A stretch of DNA of 64,000 nt from the human T2T-CHM13v2.0 reference genome, Homo sapiens: assembly GCF_009914755.1 (NCBI RefSeq), contig NC_060925.1. One strand, given 5' to 3'. Below the pieces are notes generated by a model. The model saw nothing but the letters and a program-made list of their open reading frames with translations, was not told where the DNA came from and did no database searches. Below are positions 18,467 to 36,479 of the stretch, piece by piece. The first letter of the stretch is position 1. Every line of letters begins with the position of its first letter. A program made the position numbers and the translations under genes.

Positions 18467-18679
18467 TTAATATCTATTATAATATCTAACTTTTTGGAAA
18501 GCTGCCCATTTTTAATTCCCAGGCCTGTGTATATCTAAAAATTTTAGCCTTTCTTCTTGTCTCTTATAGATAAAAAATCTATTTAGAATTTAGGCTCCAG
18601 GGATATTAATTTTATATTTTATTTAAATGACTAATATTGCACTGCCAGAGTTACCACTGCTCTTTCTACTTGGCACAGA

Positions 18680-18840
18680 TAGCCTGGAATGAGGGTAAGA
18701 GCATGGCGTTATAGTTCTGGCTCAGCAACTCTCTGGCTGTGTGACTTTGGAAAAATTCTTTAATAACTCAGAGCTCTGTCCACAGCACAAATGACTAGGA
18801 CTAGATAGTCCCTAGGTTTTCCTGCAGTCTTCCCATTCTA
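18680..18840 (+). mobile_element. MIR/MIR3 fragment
   Basis: ttctggctcagcaactctctggctgtgtgactttggaaaa. Confidence 0.6.
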
Positions 18841-19871
18841 CACCTCCAACCCTTGGTAAGCCTGATGTTACCATCACCTCCTCTCTCCAGCCTGGGACAC
18901 ACTATGCTCCTTTCCTCTTGTATATTGTTTGCCCCAAGATCTATGAGATTTGCCCCCTGCTCCAGCTCTCTGTACCCATCAACATGGGTCCATTATGCAA
19001 TTCTTGAATCTCTCTTCTTTGAACTACAAGCTTTAGCTCTTCTTCTGTTAAGAATCTTGACTTTCATTTTCTTCATGAACTTAGTAATGGCAAAGGAGGT
19101 TTAGTCTAAGCAAACTGTGCAGTCACACCCACAATTCAGGGATACAGGCCACATGAGGTTGACTGTCAAAGTCCATTCTCTTGAAGGTTTACGCTGTGTG
19201 GAACTTTACCACTTTGGGCGATTTCTCCTGACACACTTGTCAGATAACAGCCTGGAATCATCAGAGCATATCCCCATAGGTTCCCTGAATTTCTAAGCTG
19301 TTCCCTAGCCAGAATCTTTCAGCACTGTCCTTTTTATTGGCCTTCGATTCAGTGGTTCTCCAATGTGGGATTTTGACACATTGGTGTTCTGGAGCCAGTT
19401 TTGGTTTTTCTGCTGGTTACCTGTTACTATCCATATTTAAAATCTTGTGTATACAAAATGTTTTCTTTTCATTTTTTAAACTGTTATGTATGACTATGTA
19501 TGAGTCTAGTTTGTCTACACAAGTCTGAAAGTATTTCACTGGACATTAGCACCACAGGTTGGAAATAGGGTTTATTTGAAAATAAAATGCCTCCACAATC
19601 ACAGAAAGTTTTAGAAATATTAAGCTAAGCAATTTTCCTCTTTCCTGTAGAACTCAACCTTGAATATAGCTCATGTACTGTGGCTCCCCAAGGGTTCTAG
19701 ACATTGTACAACTGCTGCATAAATTTTTTTGAACACAATGCTTTTTGAAAGGGACATCTCGAGGGACTTGTGTTTAGAGGAACTCTCTTTAGGAAACAGT
19801 GGTCTCAACTGTTTCTCCTTCCCATTAGCACAGTACATCAGGAACTGTGTCCTCCAGAGTCGAGTTACTGA

Positions 19872-20750
<879 letters not shown>

Positions 20751-21189
20751 GGTGTCTGTTGGCTTCTGAATGATTAATTCACAGTCAATAGAAAGAACCT
20801 TGTAGGCCTGAAGCAGTCCAGTAACTCAGCTCACAGTAGCCACAGGCCAATGGAAAAATGGACTGCAGCCATGTGTCGTGCTCATGCCATGGATCTTGTA
20901 GATTTGCTGTTGATCCACAGGAGTCTACTCTTTTATCTCATGTGTACTTCTGTTACACCATTGGAGCTATTTCATTTGGCTGTGTTATTGTTAGCAGCAG
21001 CAAAGAACCCAAGGCAATTGATTCACATAGCAGAAATGGTGACTGAGGTGGTTCTTCCTTTTGGGACTCTGACATCAGAAAGTACATAGTTGAGCGATGC
21101 CCTGAAACCCATGTGGGGGCCTCAACTAGTAATCTTGGAAGTGGCCCAGGCAGAGTCACTTTAGGGACATTCCCCAGAAGCTGATTGGA

Positions 21190-21698
21190 TTGTTTACAGA
21201 TATTCTGCTTCTCCTATCTCCAGGAAGGTGAAAACTTGCAATTCCTTGCCCACTTAAGGTAAGGTGTAATCATGAGACTTGCTTCAGCCAACAAAATGCT
21301 AGAAGTGACATCTGAGAAGAAACCTTTAAGACCAGTGTACATTTTGTCTTGTATCCTTCATTGCCACTGTAATAGACAGTTATCCAAACAGTAGAAGTTC
21401 CATCTGCCTAAATCCTTCGGTAAGGAGATATGGGACAGAGCCCTGTGCTGATGCTTTACAGCTGAGCAGCAAAAAAAAACACATGGCAGAGTTCTTAGTG
21501 TTGGGTGGACAAAGCTGTTAGCGAGTATCATCAGTTTCTTCCCCCTGCATTTATGGATCTCAGTGCAAGAGCTCATGATGATTAGCCTTGTGCTACGTGA
21601 CCTTGTATGCATGGAGAATAAAACTTTTCCTTAGGAGACACAAGTATTTGGGGGTTGCCTGTTTTTGAAACATATCCGAGCCCATCTTGATTGATACA
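21190..21698 (+). mobile_element. MLT1 (I/J-like) solo LTR
   Basis: catgagacttgcttcagccaacaaaatg...aataaaac...atttgggggttg...cttgattgataca. Confidence 0.65.
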
Positions 21699-21815
21699 TT
21701 ATGTCTCAGGGTCTGATTTAAGCATTTTAGGTATATGGAGTCATTTACTTTTTACAAACACACTGCAGAGAAGGTACTAGTATCTCCATTCTATGCATGT
21801 GAAAACCAAGGCACA

Positions 21816-22168
<353 letters not shown>

Positions 22169-22700
22169 CTAAAATGTAGTAGAGCTAGGATTCAAACCTA
22201 GAGAGTTTGGCTTCAGAGCCTATAGTCATGACCATGATGCTCCTGTTCCTCTTGATAACCCTCTGGCCTGCTATCTTTTGCTGTCTTCCTGCACCCTTGG
22301 ACTTGATGCTGCAAATGACCTATCTTCATTCCTAGAGCTCTGAACTCTAGGCTCCTAGCTTGTCTGAGAAGGAGAATACTCCTTGGAGAAGGTTCATGTA
22401 CATCAACTGTCCTCTCTTTCTCCTATTTGAGCACTTGGAGTTTGAATACTCCATTTAAGATTCTATAACAGGACATCCAAATTCCAGGTTACCAGATTGA
22501 GACAAACCCTAACCAACTTATTATTTAATCAGTGACACAGAGGCAATTTCTTGTCCATCAATAGCTCAATCACTAACAATTAGAGATAAACGTATAGGAG
22601 CATAGGAGAGAAAATAAATGCATTTTGGGCCTTATAGTCACAGAATTACATTAATCATAATCCTTTTTTCTCATAAAATACTGTCATTTTTAATTTTTTG

Positions 22701-22838
22701 ACTTAACTTTCTTAAATAATATAAAATATTGGCAGTAGCTCACATGTGCTTATGTGCCCCTTCTGCATCACTTAACTTTCTTAAATAATATAAAATATTG
22801 GCAGTAGCTTACATGTGCTTATGTGCCCCTTCTGCATC
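22701..22838. repeat. 69-bp tandem duplication (2 copies, 1 mismatch)
   Basis: acttaactttc...ccccttctgcatc at 22701-22769 and 22770-22838. Confidence 0.97.
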
Positions 22839-23042
22839 CTGTCCTTTAGTGAAGCCCACCCGCTCTCCTGACTCAAGTGTATATCATTTATTCACTTTTC
22901 AACATGTAGTTTCACCATCTATATTCCTGAAAGATGTTTTAGGTTTTTTGTGCCTAGCTATTTTTAATCTTATACAAAAAATGTTATCCCGAATGCATTC
23001 TTCTTATTTTTTCCCACTCAATGTTCTGTTGCTAAGACATCT

Positions 23043-23497
23043 GTTGTGGCCGCTGGAATTCCTCAGAGATCTCTAACTACTGGGAGTGTAATTGACAAGA
23101 GCCCCACTTCTATGCTGCGTCCCCCATTGCTGAGTTGTCCTAAGGCCACATTCCCCACTGCTCCTGGGGCCCTGCTCCCAGCCAATGACTGAGTGTGGCA
23201 GAGGCATAGGGCAGCCCCATTCCTGGGAGAGATGGGGCTCCCTGACACCTGATGGCTTAAGGACACCTAGGTGGCCTTGCCAAGTCTTCCTTAGACCTAA
23301 CAGCAATGTAGTTCACTTCCATTCCACCTTCTTTTCCTCTTGCCTAAATCTAGGTCAGACTTGCATGGTAGTCTGATGGTTCCCCCACCCTTCCAGGGCT
23401 CCGTCTCCATTTTCTCTCATAGTCATTGCCCTTAAAAAAATTTTCTATGTTTAATCTCACCTTGTCATCTTCTTCTCAGAAACCTGGACAAAAGCAG
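23043..23497 (+). mobile_element. LTR16A-like ERVL solo LTR
   Basis: gctcccagccaatgactgag...gtttaatctcaccttgtcatcttcttctcagaaacctggac. Confidence 0.7.
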
Positions 23498-23606
23498 CAT
23501 TCACATGTTGCATATAATTGAAATTCATTGTTTTGACTGCTGCATAATATTTAATTATGTGAATATACTAAGAAAGTGGATAAATACATCGTGGTATATT
23601 TATACA

Positions 23607-25178
<1,572 letters not shown>

Positions 25179-25264
25179 TAATTGAATATTTAGCTTGTTT
25201 CCAGATTTTACGATTTTGAAGAGTGCTGCTATTAACATCCTTGTACATGTTCAACAAGTTGTCT

Positions 25265-25530
25265 TAGATATATATCTGGAAATTTATGCATATATTATAT
25301 ATTAAATATATGTATATATTTACAGATACATATCTTTTATATATTAGATAAATATATGATACATAATATTACATACATTTAAAATATAAATATATTTCCA
25401 GGTATATATCTTATATATATGATATGCTTATATATCCAGATATATATCTAAGATATATCTATATATTTATATATCTTACATATATCTAAATATATATGTA
25501 AGACAAATAGCCAGATATATATATCTGGAA
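25265..25530. repeat. (TA)n-rich low-complexity tract
   Basis: Repeated agatatatatct units. Confidence 0.9.
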
Positions 25531-25537
25531 ACTACTG

Positions 25538-25822
25538 CTTTTTTTGTTGTTGTTGTTCTGTGGCCCAAGCTGGAGTGCAATGGCATGAACTCAGCTCACT
25601 GTAATCCCTACCTCCTGGGTTCAAGCAATTCTCCTGCTTCAGCCTCCCAAGTAGCTGGGATTACAGGTGTGCACCACCACACCAGGCTAATTTTTGTATT
25701 TTTTAGTAGAGACGGGGTTTCACCATGGTGGCCAGGCTGGTCTCGAACTCCTGACTTTGTGATCTGCCCACCTCGGCCTCCCAAAGTGCTGGGATTACAG
25801 GTGTGAGCCACTGCACCCAGCC
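25538..25822 (-). mobile_element. AluSg-like
   Basis: TSD gaaactactgcttttt on both sides. Confidence 0.93.
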
Positions 25823-25829
25823 ATGAAAC

Positions 25830-26790
25830 TACTGCTTTTTAAAGAGTTTGTACACATTTACATTTCTACCAGCAAAGTAGAGAAGATTTTGTGGTTCCAT
25901 ATCCTTTCCAATACTCAATATAGTTGGGCTTTTTTATTTTTGCTAATTAAATGGATATAAAATATATCTCACTGTGGACTTGACAGGTAATTCCCTCTGA
26001 CTGAACATCTTTTTATGTTTATTTCCTCTTCTGTAAAATGCCTATGTATGGCTTTTGCTATTTTTCTTCTGGAATGTCTGTTGTTTGTGACAACTTTGAA
26101 GGAGTTTTTAATATGATCCTGATATAAATTCATCATCAGTTACATGTATTGAAAATATCTTTTTCTAATCCAATTTGTAAGTTGTCTTTCACATTCATAA
26201 GGTTCTGTTGATGAACAGAAGTTTTTAATATAATAACATTTATCAATTGTTAATTTTATGGTTAGCATTTTTGTTGCTAAATTTTTTCTTATCTCAAGAT
26301 TAGAAGGATATTTACTTATCTTCGCTCCTTAAAAAAAGATAGAAGCTTAGCTTTTGTTACTTATCCCTGAGTAATCTGTAATTATTTTTGTGTGTGGTGT
26401 GAACTTAAGAACTAATTTCACTTTTTTCCCGTAGCTATTCTTTTCCCCCGTCCCCCAGGTTAATTTATTAAATTGTCTTTTTTCCCTACTGACCTTCCAT
26501 ACCAGCTATCTCAAATATCAAAGTTCTATATATTCAAGGGTCTCTTTCTGGGTTCTCTATTCTAATCCATTGACCAGTTTGTGTCTACACTAGTAACACC
26601 CTATCTTAATATAGCTGCTTATGAGTCTTGATATCTGGTAGTATAAGTCCATCTTCCTCATTCTTACTCCTTTAAATTTCTTGGCTAATTTTGATCCCTT
26701 TATTCTTCCACATAACTTTTTAAACCCTCTTTTAGATTACATTTTCTAGGTATTACTTGCTACTGTATAAGAATGCAGTTGACTTTGTAT
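25830..26790 (-). mobile_element. L1ME-like fragment (likely continues from 22680-23600)
   Basis: acattctaccagc..., tgatgaacagaagtttttaat, gagtcttgatatctggtagtataagtcc. Confidence 0.7.
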
Positions 26791-26849
26791 TAAAACAATT
26801 CTGGTGAAAATAATGATCATGATAGCAACTATCTATTCAGTATTTCAGC

Positions 26850-27075
26850 TATCATTTACTTAGTACATATTCTCTGCTGGCCATGATGCTAAGTGCTTAT
26901 GTACATTTTCCTCCTTTATTCTTAACACAGGCCTGTGAGTTTGAAAATAGCTAGCAGATTAGAAAACCAAGGTACAGAGAAATGAAGCGCTTATCTAACA
27001 TCATACAATTAGACTGTTTAGTAACTAGGATTCAATCTTAAACTATTCTGACTTTAAAGCGTTCACTCTTAATTT
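26850..27075 (-). mobile_element. MIR
   Basis: tgctaagtgctt...agaaaaccaaggtacagagaaatgaagcgcttatctaacatcataca. Confidence 0.65.
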
Positions 27076-27659
27076 ATACAGGTTATGACAGTGTCCTTAG
27101 GTTTCAGGAGAAACAATAATAACAAAACAAACATCGACCACTCCATCATTTCTCAGCATTTTCTATTCTCCCAATTAGAGCTTCCATATACAGATGATAT
27201 CTTAAATGTGGTTTACATTGACCATCTATAAAAGGTGTGAAAAACTGGTTCTCTAAGAGTACGGTCTCCAATGTCTGTTTAATAGATCAGTCCTTGCATT
27301 CTTCACTGGCTACAGCCTCCACATATTTCAGTCTGTCCCTGTTATAATCAAGATCCCATGATTTAAGAGGGGTTAAGGAGAGGGCTGTGACTCCCAGAAT
27401 CTGATTTCTTCTCAGAGAGAGTTGTTCTGCTTTGTTTATTTTTATGTGGTTTTACTGATCATATGTTAAATGTGGCACACACAATTCAGCCAGCTTCGTG
27501 ATTAGCAAGGGAATGCTTTTGTTTGTGAGTGTGATATGCCCTCCACTCCAAAACTACATAGCAGAGGAAACACAAAGTCACACAAGATTTAAATCCTCCC
27601 GTAATAACAAGCCAGAATAGTAGACACATAATCATCCCTGAGACTTGCATTGCAAAACA

Positions 27660-27830
27660 ATTTCACAGTGCATAACTAGCTAATTTAATCTTCCCTAAAC
27701 CTTGGGAAGCAAATGGAGTAGGTGCTACTATGCCCATTTTATAAATGAAGATGAGATGCAGAGAAAGTGACTTGTCCAAGGTCACAGTGCAGTTGAGAAA
27801 TAAGAGCTACAACTAGGTCTATGGAGACAG
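27660..27830 (-). mobile_element. MIR
   Basis: cccattttataaatgaag...aagtgacttgtccaaggtcacag. Confidence 0.7.
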
Positions 27831-28534
27831 ATTTTCAGCCCGGAGCTGCCTTCACCTCTTCTTGTTTCCTACCCTGAAGCTTTGACATTCCAAGGCACCC
27901 AGGGAAAGGCATTCCCTGACACCTCAGATTTGCTGCTTCAAAAGAGGGTTCATTTCCTATTAAAGCAGAGAAGCAACTGAATGAGATAGCCCCCACCATC
28001 AGAATCCTGACAACCATTGGCTGTAACATTTTCTTGCTCAGTTTAAATTCAGATTTCTTCTTTACAAGCATTATTTGAATCCAACAGCTCTAAAGTGGCA
28101 AAATTCCACCTGGTCTTCTCTAAGACCAGGGTTCTTTCCACTGTACTTTGGAAGAGGAGTGTCACGTAGGAATGCCTTTAGCATCCTCTGGCCCTGGGAG
28201 AAAACCTGGCAGTGCACTTGTCCCTGAGTGGTCCTAAGTGCCTTCTGGATTTGTGAGTGAGATGCCCCCCCTTGCTCCATCACCAGACCTTCTGCACCCC
28301 ATAGTGATAAACAGCCTTCCCTTCTATGTCAACCCACGGCCGTGTGGAATCAGCTTCCCAGATGGGATAGTGTCCTAATCCGGGACTTCTAGCTCTCTCT
28401 TGAGACAGGATTCAGTAAACATGTATATTTTATTTCAGTATTTTTCTATGTATGTATGTATGTATGTACATTTGACTCTTGGACAATGAGGGAGTTAGGG
28501 GTGCCAACCCCTAACAACAGTCAAAAATATGCTA

Positions 28535-28924
<390 letters not shown>

Positions 28925-29576
28925 TAATACACATTTTGTATGTTATGCATATTATCTACTGTATTGTTATAATAAAGCAAGCTAGAGAAAAGAAAATGTT
29001 ATTAGGAAATTCATAAGGAAAATACATTTACAGTACTTATTTATCAATACCATTAAGTTTAAGTCATCTGTTTACAAGCTGAATCATCTATCTGAAAGGG
29101 TGGCAATCGCAACTGCATACTTCAATCTACGGTACATTATCAAGCAATTCAACTTTTTCTTTTAATGTTATGACTTTTCTCTGCTTCTTGGGAGCACTTC
29201 CAGCATCACTAGTGGCACTTCCTATGGGTCCCATGGTGTTATTCAAGGTTTATAATATAGACTAAACATGATGAAAAATATGTAAGACCCAAACCACAAG
29301 AGATCACTTTTTACTGCGGTATGCAATTTACCAGAAAGACCAACTGCTCACGTGGAGATTTTTAGGGTCACACTTCATTTTTAGTGGATACTCACAACCC
29401 TTGAGCTCACGGCAATAGCAACAGAAAGTGGCTATTAAATTATTATGGTAGTACAGTATTACTAAGTTAATTTTATACAGTTATGATTTAATACTGCATC
29501 TTCATGTTTGCTTGCATTTTTCTCAACTGGGAATGATACCATGTACTATCTCTAAGTGTTTGTGTATACATTTTGA

Positions 29577-30299
<723 letters not shown>

Positions 30300-31240
30300 T
30301 CATTACGTAGTGAAATAATAAAGTTTTGTATCCTTTTCAATTAATATATTTTGGGCATTTTTGAGGTCTTTAAAGTTTTTTCAAAATTGCCTTTTCAAAG
30401 CTGCAAAATATTTCATCATTTTGATATACAACAATTTATCCATGCAGTTGCACATCATTAGTCATTTAGGTCGTTTTCCTTTTGGCTAAACATCTTTGTG
30501 CATAAAAATATGTTCATACTTTTAATTGTTTTAGGATTCACACGTGTGGAATTCTTCATCAAAGAGTAAGAACACTTTGAAGATTTTTGATACAAGATTG
30601 CCTAATTGCTTTTCAGAAAGACCACACCAATTTACACACTCCCTCCACAATGGGGAAAAATGCTGCTCTTACCAGATTTTGAATCTTGTCATTTTCCAAA
30701 CACTTCGTTATTTCGATAGGTTTTTAAGTGGTATCTCGAGGTTATTTTATTTGGTTGAATACTTGTGAGGTTAGCTTTTTTCCTCAGGTCTGTTAGTCAT
30801 TTATATTATCCTTTAGCTACTTTTTAAAAAATGTGATCTTAGCATTCTTCCTCACTTCTTTAGTTATTAGGGATATAAATCCTTTTTCTGAATTATTTGT
30901 AATAAATGCTTTCCACATGATTGTTGTAAGGTTTTTAAGTATTGTAATGACTTTTTTGAAGTACTTAAGTTTTGTATTTTCATTAAGGAAATGATTACTG
31001 TTTTCTGACTTCCTCTGTTGGTTATCTGTTCAAAAAATCCTTTCCTACTCAAAGCTCTAACTAATATTCATCTCAATATTTTCAAGTTTTGGTTTCACTT
31101 AAAATTTTCTCTTTTATACACTTGGGTTTATTTTGATATATAGTGTGGGAGGCTATACATTTTTTCTTTGTTTGCAAATAGCCAGATTTTTCAACAGATT
31201 GCATGGACAGTGTCTTGATGTTAAATTGGACAACATTTTT
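30300..31240 (-). mobile_element. Degenerate L1ME fragment
   Basis: aaacatctttgtgcataaa, attgcctaattgctttcagaaag...ccaatttacac. Confidence 0.65.
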
Positions 31241-32312
31241 TAAAAAGGCAATGAGAGGATTTGGTGCTGGAGAAATTCATTCATAAGCTTGGTGTATTCA
31301 GAACACTGATGAATTGTTGGGTGAGTACCAGGAAAGTTGTCAGGACAGACAAGTATTCAACAGCCACTGGGAAGGTTCTAAACTGTGCCCCCTTTCCCCT
31401 TCTCCATAATAAAGGGGTCTCCCTTTACCAAAATGAACTGTCCTAAATTTAAGCAGCCAAAAGTCAGAGCAGTCCCAGAATTGTTTCTTGGTGTCAAGGC
31501 CTCAATCAACCAACAGAAAATGAGATATTCACAGATCGAGTTGACAAAGGGATGCCAGAAGGGACAGGAGGTACAACTGTCAGATAGATTGGTCTTGTTG
31601 GCCACCCAGCTGTTTGTGCCACTTGTATATTCTCCCACAGCACTCTCTGCATGTCTCCAGCACATTACAACGTCGTATTCTAATTTTGTGTTATGTGTCT
31701 TTTTCTTTTCCTCTATCCTGCTCCTTGCTTTAAAAAAATTATTAATGGATAGTAGCTAATTTTCTCATTTGAAAAAAAATACACTTAACTCTATGCAGTT
31801 TACTAAATGTTATTATACCTCCATTTGATAAATGTGAAAACTCATTTAACACACACCTCAAACATGACATAAAATGTTGCCATTATTCTAGAAAATTGCT
31901 TGTTCTTTTTGTAGTCATCACCCCCTGCCCAGTCCTGAGGTAGCCACTATTCCAATTTCTGTACCCACAGAACCCACAGACAAGTTTTGGTTGTTCTTGA
32001 ACTTCATAGTAATTGAATTTTAAAGTATATATTCCTTTGTCTCTTAACTCCTTCTTTTACTCTATAATATTTCAGACATTCATTCATGTCTATTCCTTTT
32101 TGTTGCTGAGCAGATTCCAGCACCATTTGTTGAATAGATTGTCCTTTTCTCATCAATTTGTCTTGGCACCTTTGTCAGAAAACATTTGATTGTAATTTTT
32201 TTTCTGTCCTATTGATCTATTTGTCTATTTTAACACCAATAAGACACTCTTAGAAACTGATAAATTAATACTAACATTTATATGGAAATGTAAAAGACCA
32301 AAATGGTGTTTA

Positions 32313-32656
<344 letters not shown>

Positions 32657-34104
32657 TCATGTAAATCCTCCAACTATTTTATTTTTTAAAAAAATCAATT
32701 TCTACCAAAAAAAAAAGCCTGCTGGGAATTTGATTGCAATTGCATTTAATCTATGGATCGATTTTCTGAGAATCAGCATCTGTACAATACTGATTGGCAT
32801 CTCTTTATTAGGTCTTAATCACCCTCAACACTGTTTTATGGTTTCAAGTGTAGAAGTCTTGTATAACTTTTTTTTAAAAATTTTGAAGGTATTTGTTATA
32901 CTAATACTGTTATAAATAATGATTTTTAATTTTTTCCAATTGTATGTTGATAGTATATAAAAATAAAATAAAAATTTTCTATATTAACTTTGTATCTTAA
33001 ACCTTGCTGAGTTTACTTATTAGATTTAGTAGGATTAGGGAGTAGATTCCCTTCAAGTTTCTACCTGCAAAATCATGTCATTGTAGAGAAAGATAATTTT
33101 ACTTCTTTCTCAGTCTTTATGACTTCTATCTTTTCATACCTAATGGCAAGACCTCAAGTACAATGTTGAATAGCAGCATGAGAGTGGATCCCTACCTTAT
33201 TTTTGACCTTAGAGAGAAAGTGTTCCATATCTTATCATTAAATATGATGTTATGTATAAGCTTTTATAGATGCATTTTATCAAATTGAGGAAATTCTGTT
33301 CTATTACTTGTTTGTCTAGAGGTTTTATCACGGAATAGTGTTGAAATTTTCAAAATCTTTTCCTGGATCTACTGAGATGTTTGTATTTTTCTTTTTTATA
33401 CTGTTAATGGGATGAATTACACTGACTGCTTTTCTCATATTTTAATTGATCTTGCATTTTTTGTGATAAAACCCACTTAGCTGTGATGTGTTATATTTTT
33501 TAATATATAGATGGATCTAATTTGCTAATATTTTGTTAAAAATTTTTGCATCTCTGTTCATGAGAAATATTGGTCTGTAATTTTCATTTCTTGTAGTGTA
33601 TTTGTTAGGTTTCGGTATTATGAATATGTCAGCTTCCAAAAAGGGTTGAGAGGTGGTCCTTCCTCCTGTTTCTATAAGAGATTGTTTAAGATTGGTATTA
33701 TCCGTTTCTTTGATAGACTTCACCATTAAAGCTATCTGGGCCAGATATGTTCTTTGTGAAAAAAAATGTAATTGTGAATTTAACTTCTTTAACACATATT
33801 CAGGTTACTTATTTCTTCTTTTGTCCAGTTATGAAAAGTCCTGTTTTTTAAAGGATTTATCCATTTACATGGTCAAACATGTTGGCATAAATTTGTTTAC
33901 AATACCCTCTCATCATCCTTTTAATGTCTGTAGGATTTGTGGGAATAGCCTTTCTTTTCTCTTTATATTGGTAATTCACATTTTCTCTCTTTTTTTGTTT
34001 CTTCCTTCTTCAGTTTAACTAGGAGCTTATCAATTTTATTGATCTTTTCAAAAATCGGTTTTTGGCTGCATTGATTTTCTCTATTGTTGTCTGTTTTCTA
34101 TTGA

Positions 34105-34472
<368 letters not shown>

Positions 34473-35409
34473 TTTTTCTAGCTTCTTAATGTGGAAGCTT
34501 AGCTCATTGATTTCAGCACTTTCTTATTTTCTAATACAAGCACTTAAACTCTAAATTGTATTCTTAGCGTCACATAAGCTGCATCTCACAAATTTTGATA
34601 TGCTATACTTACCATTCAGTAAAAGATATCTAATTTTCCTAGAGTTTTTCTTTAGAAGTATATTGCTTAATTTCCAAATGTTTAAATATTTGCTGGGTAT
34701 CTTTTTGTTATTGTTTTATAATTCAATTCTAATGTGGCCAGAAAATATAATCTGTATGGTTTTTATGTTACCCAAAGTTTTCTTGGTGTTACCATGGGAA
34801 CGAAGATCTACTAGAATCTTTTGCTTGCTAACCAGAAACAGCTCTTCTACTCCCTTTACTCCAACTAACTTAGCCTCTTCAAGGCAGGAATGATATCTTA
34901 CTAGTTTCTCTATGACAGTGCTTGCCACATAACAGAAATTCTATAAATGTAAGAATTTATTTATTTATGCTGAAAATTGTACAAAAGGAGGCTTATGACT
35001 AAAACATGGACTTGCCCTCAAGTATTTCATGGTGTCAGATGAAGGCAATGTGTAAACACACGTTTCCCTACCATTTTTAAAGGAACTGTAGAAAGGCAGA
35101 AGAAGGGTGTGAAATCTAAACACGGAATCTGAAAAATATGATTGAAATGTATCTCAATTTGTAGTGATACAGTAACTATCATTTTCATTGTGCTTTACTG
35201 TTTATAATTTATAAGCCTTTTCTTAAGGAAGGGAAGGAATAATATAGAATGATCCATATGATTTTTAGGAACTCCACTATTGAGTTCATAAATTGAATTA
35301 ACTTAAACAAAAGAAGGAAAGATGGGTGCAAAACCAAGAGCAAATATAAAAGAATCTATTAAGAAAATGAATGCTATCGGGAAAGGTGAAGTGGGGAAGG
35401 ATGATGATA

Positions 35410-35600
35410 ATGGTGCTGATAATAATACCTAACATTTATTGAGTAATTAAGGTTTTGTAGGCATGGTGCTAAGCAGCTTATGCTCCCAGCAACCCTACAG
35501 TGTTACGCTTACCTTATGGAGGAGGAAACTGAGACTTAGAGAGGTTAGTTGACTTGCCCAAGATTATGCAGTTAAAAAGTAAAGAAGTCAGGGTTGGAAT
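35410..35600 (-). mobile_element. MIR
   Basis: aacatttattgag...gaggaaactgagacttagagaggttagttgacttgcccaag. Confidence 0.8.
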
Positions 35601-35944
35601 TGTGAAAAAATTGAGGAGTGTTCCTTATTCACTGAGACTTGTCTTAGATGGGGGCCTGGGCCCTGACAGGTAAGAGATAGGTTTTACACTCATATTTTGA
35701 CTGTTTTTCCAGAAGTAGAGTCAGCAAGAGATTTTTCAATGTACACAATATACTGTCAAATACCAGTATGTTTATGTGTTGGGGTGGATCGGGGAGCAGC
35801 CAGTTTTCAAAGGGCAAACTGAAAATTAAAGTTTGAGACAGAGCTAACGTGGACTGAGACGGGATGGACAAGGGACTGATGAGAAGAGCAGAACCAAATG
35901 GGGACACGACCAAGGAAGAAACCAGAAGGTGATAACAGACCACC

Positions 35945-36130
35945 AGTATTCTGCCCTGAGCATGTGCCAGGCACTGTGCATGGCATGTGTAGAGTCATTA
36001 TATCATGTGATACTCACAACCACTCATGAGATAATTACTATTGTCCCTCTCTTAGAGATTAGCCCAAGGTCACATATATAGGATGTAGCGGCATTAAGTA
36101 AACATAGAATTCCAAGATCTTAAACACTGT
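35945..36130 (-). mobile_element. MIR
   Basis: tgtgccaggcactgtgc...ctcacaaccactcatgag...gcccaaggtcaca. Confidence 0.7.
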
Positions 36131-36479
36131 TTCTCTCCAGTGGTGGTTGGATGTTATAGACCAGGACCCAAAGGTGGGACATGGGGGTGGGGGACAGTTA
36201 GGAAAGGAACCTAGTGACTGGGACTGATTCCCCTTGTTTAGCCAGGTGCCATTGCAGGCTGGCTTCTATTGATCCATCTAACCCTTTGTTGATACTGCTC
36301 CCAGGACTTCTAAAAGGCACCTGTACTTTTAAGGCAAAACATAAAGGGACTTTAAGTTATCTTTGGCACAGGATGAAAAATATGTCCATTGCTTGAGATC
36401 AATATTGTAACTGGCACAATATTAACAAATGGCAGAAAACAGATTCTTTCAGTATTTATGTCCCTTCCATAATTCCTAT

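Noticed and set aside
31385-31759. 124-aa ORF in non-Alu sequence
   Set aside because: No recognisable domain, no ATG start and no clear exon structure; length is compatible with chance.
33517-33795. ORF with an L1 ORF2p RT motif as a possible active or domesticated gene
   Set aside because: Short remnant within a fragmented L1 full of stops and frameshifts and interrupted by Alus.
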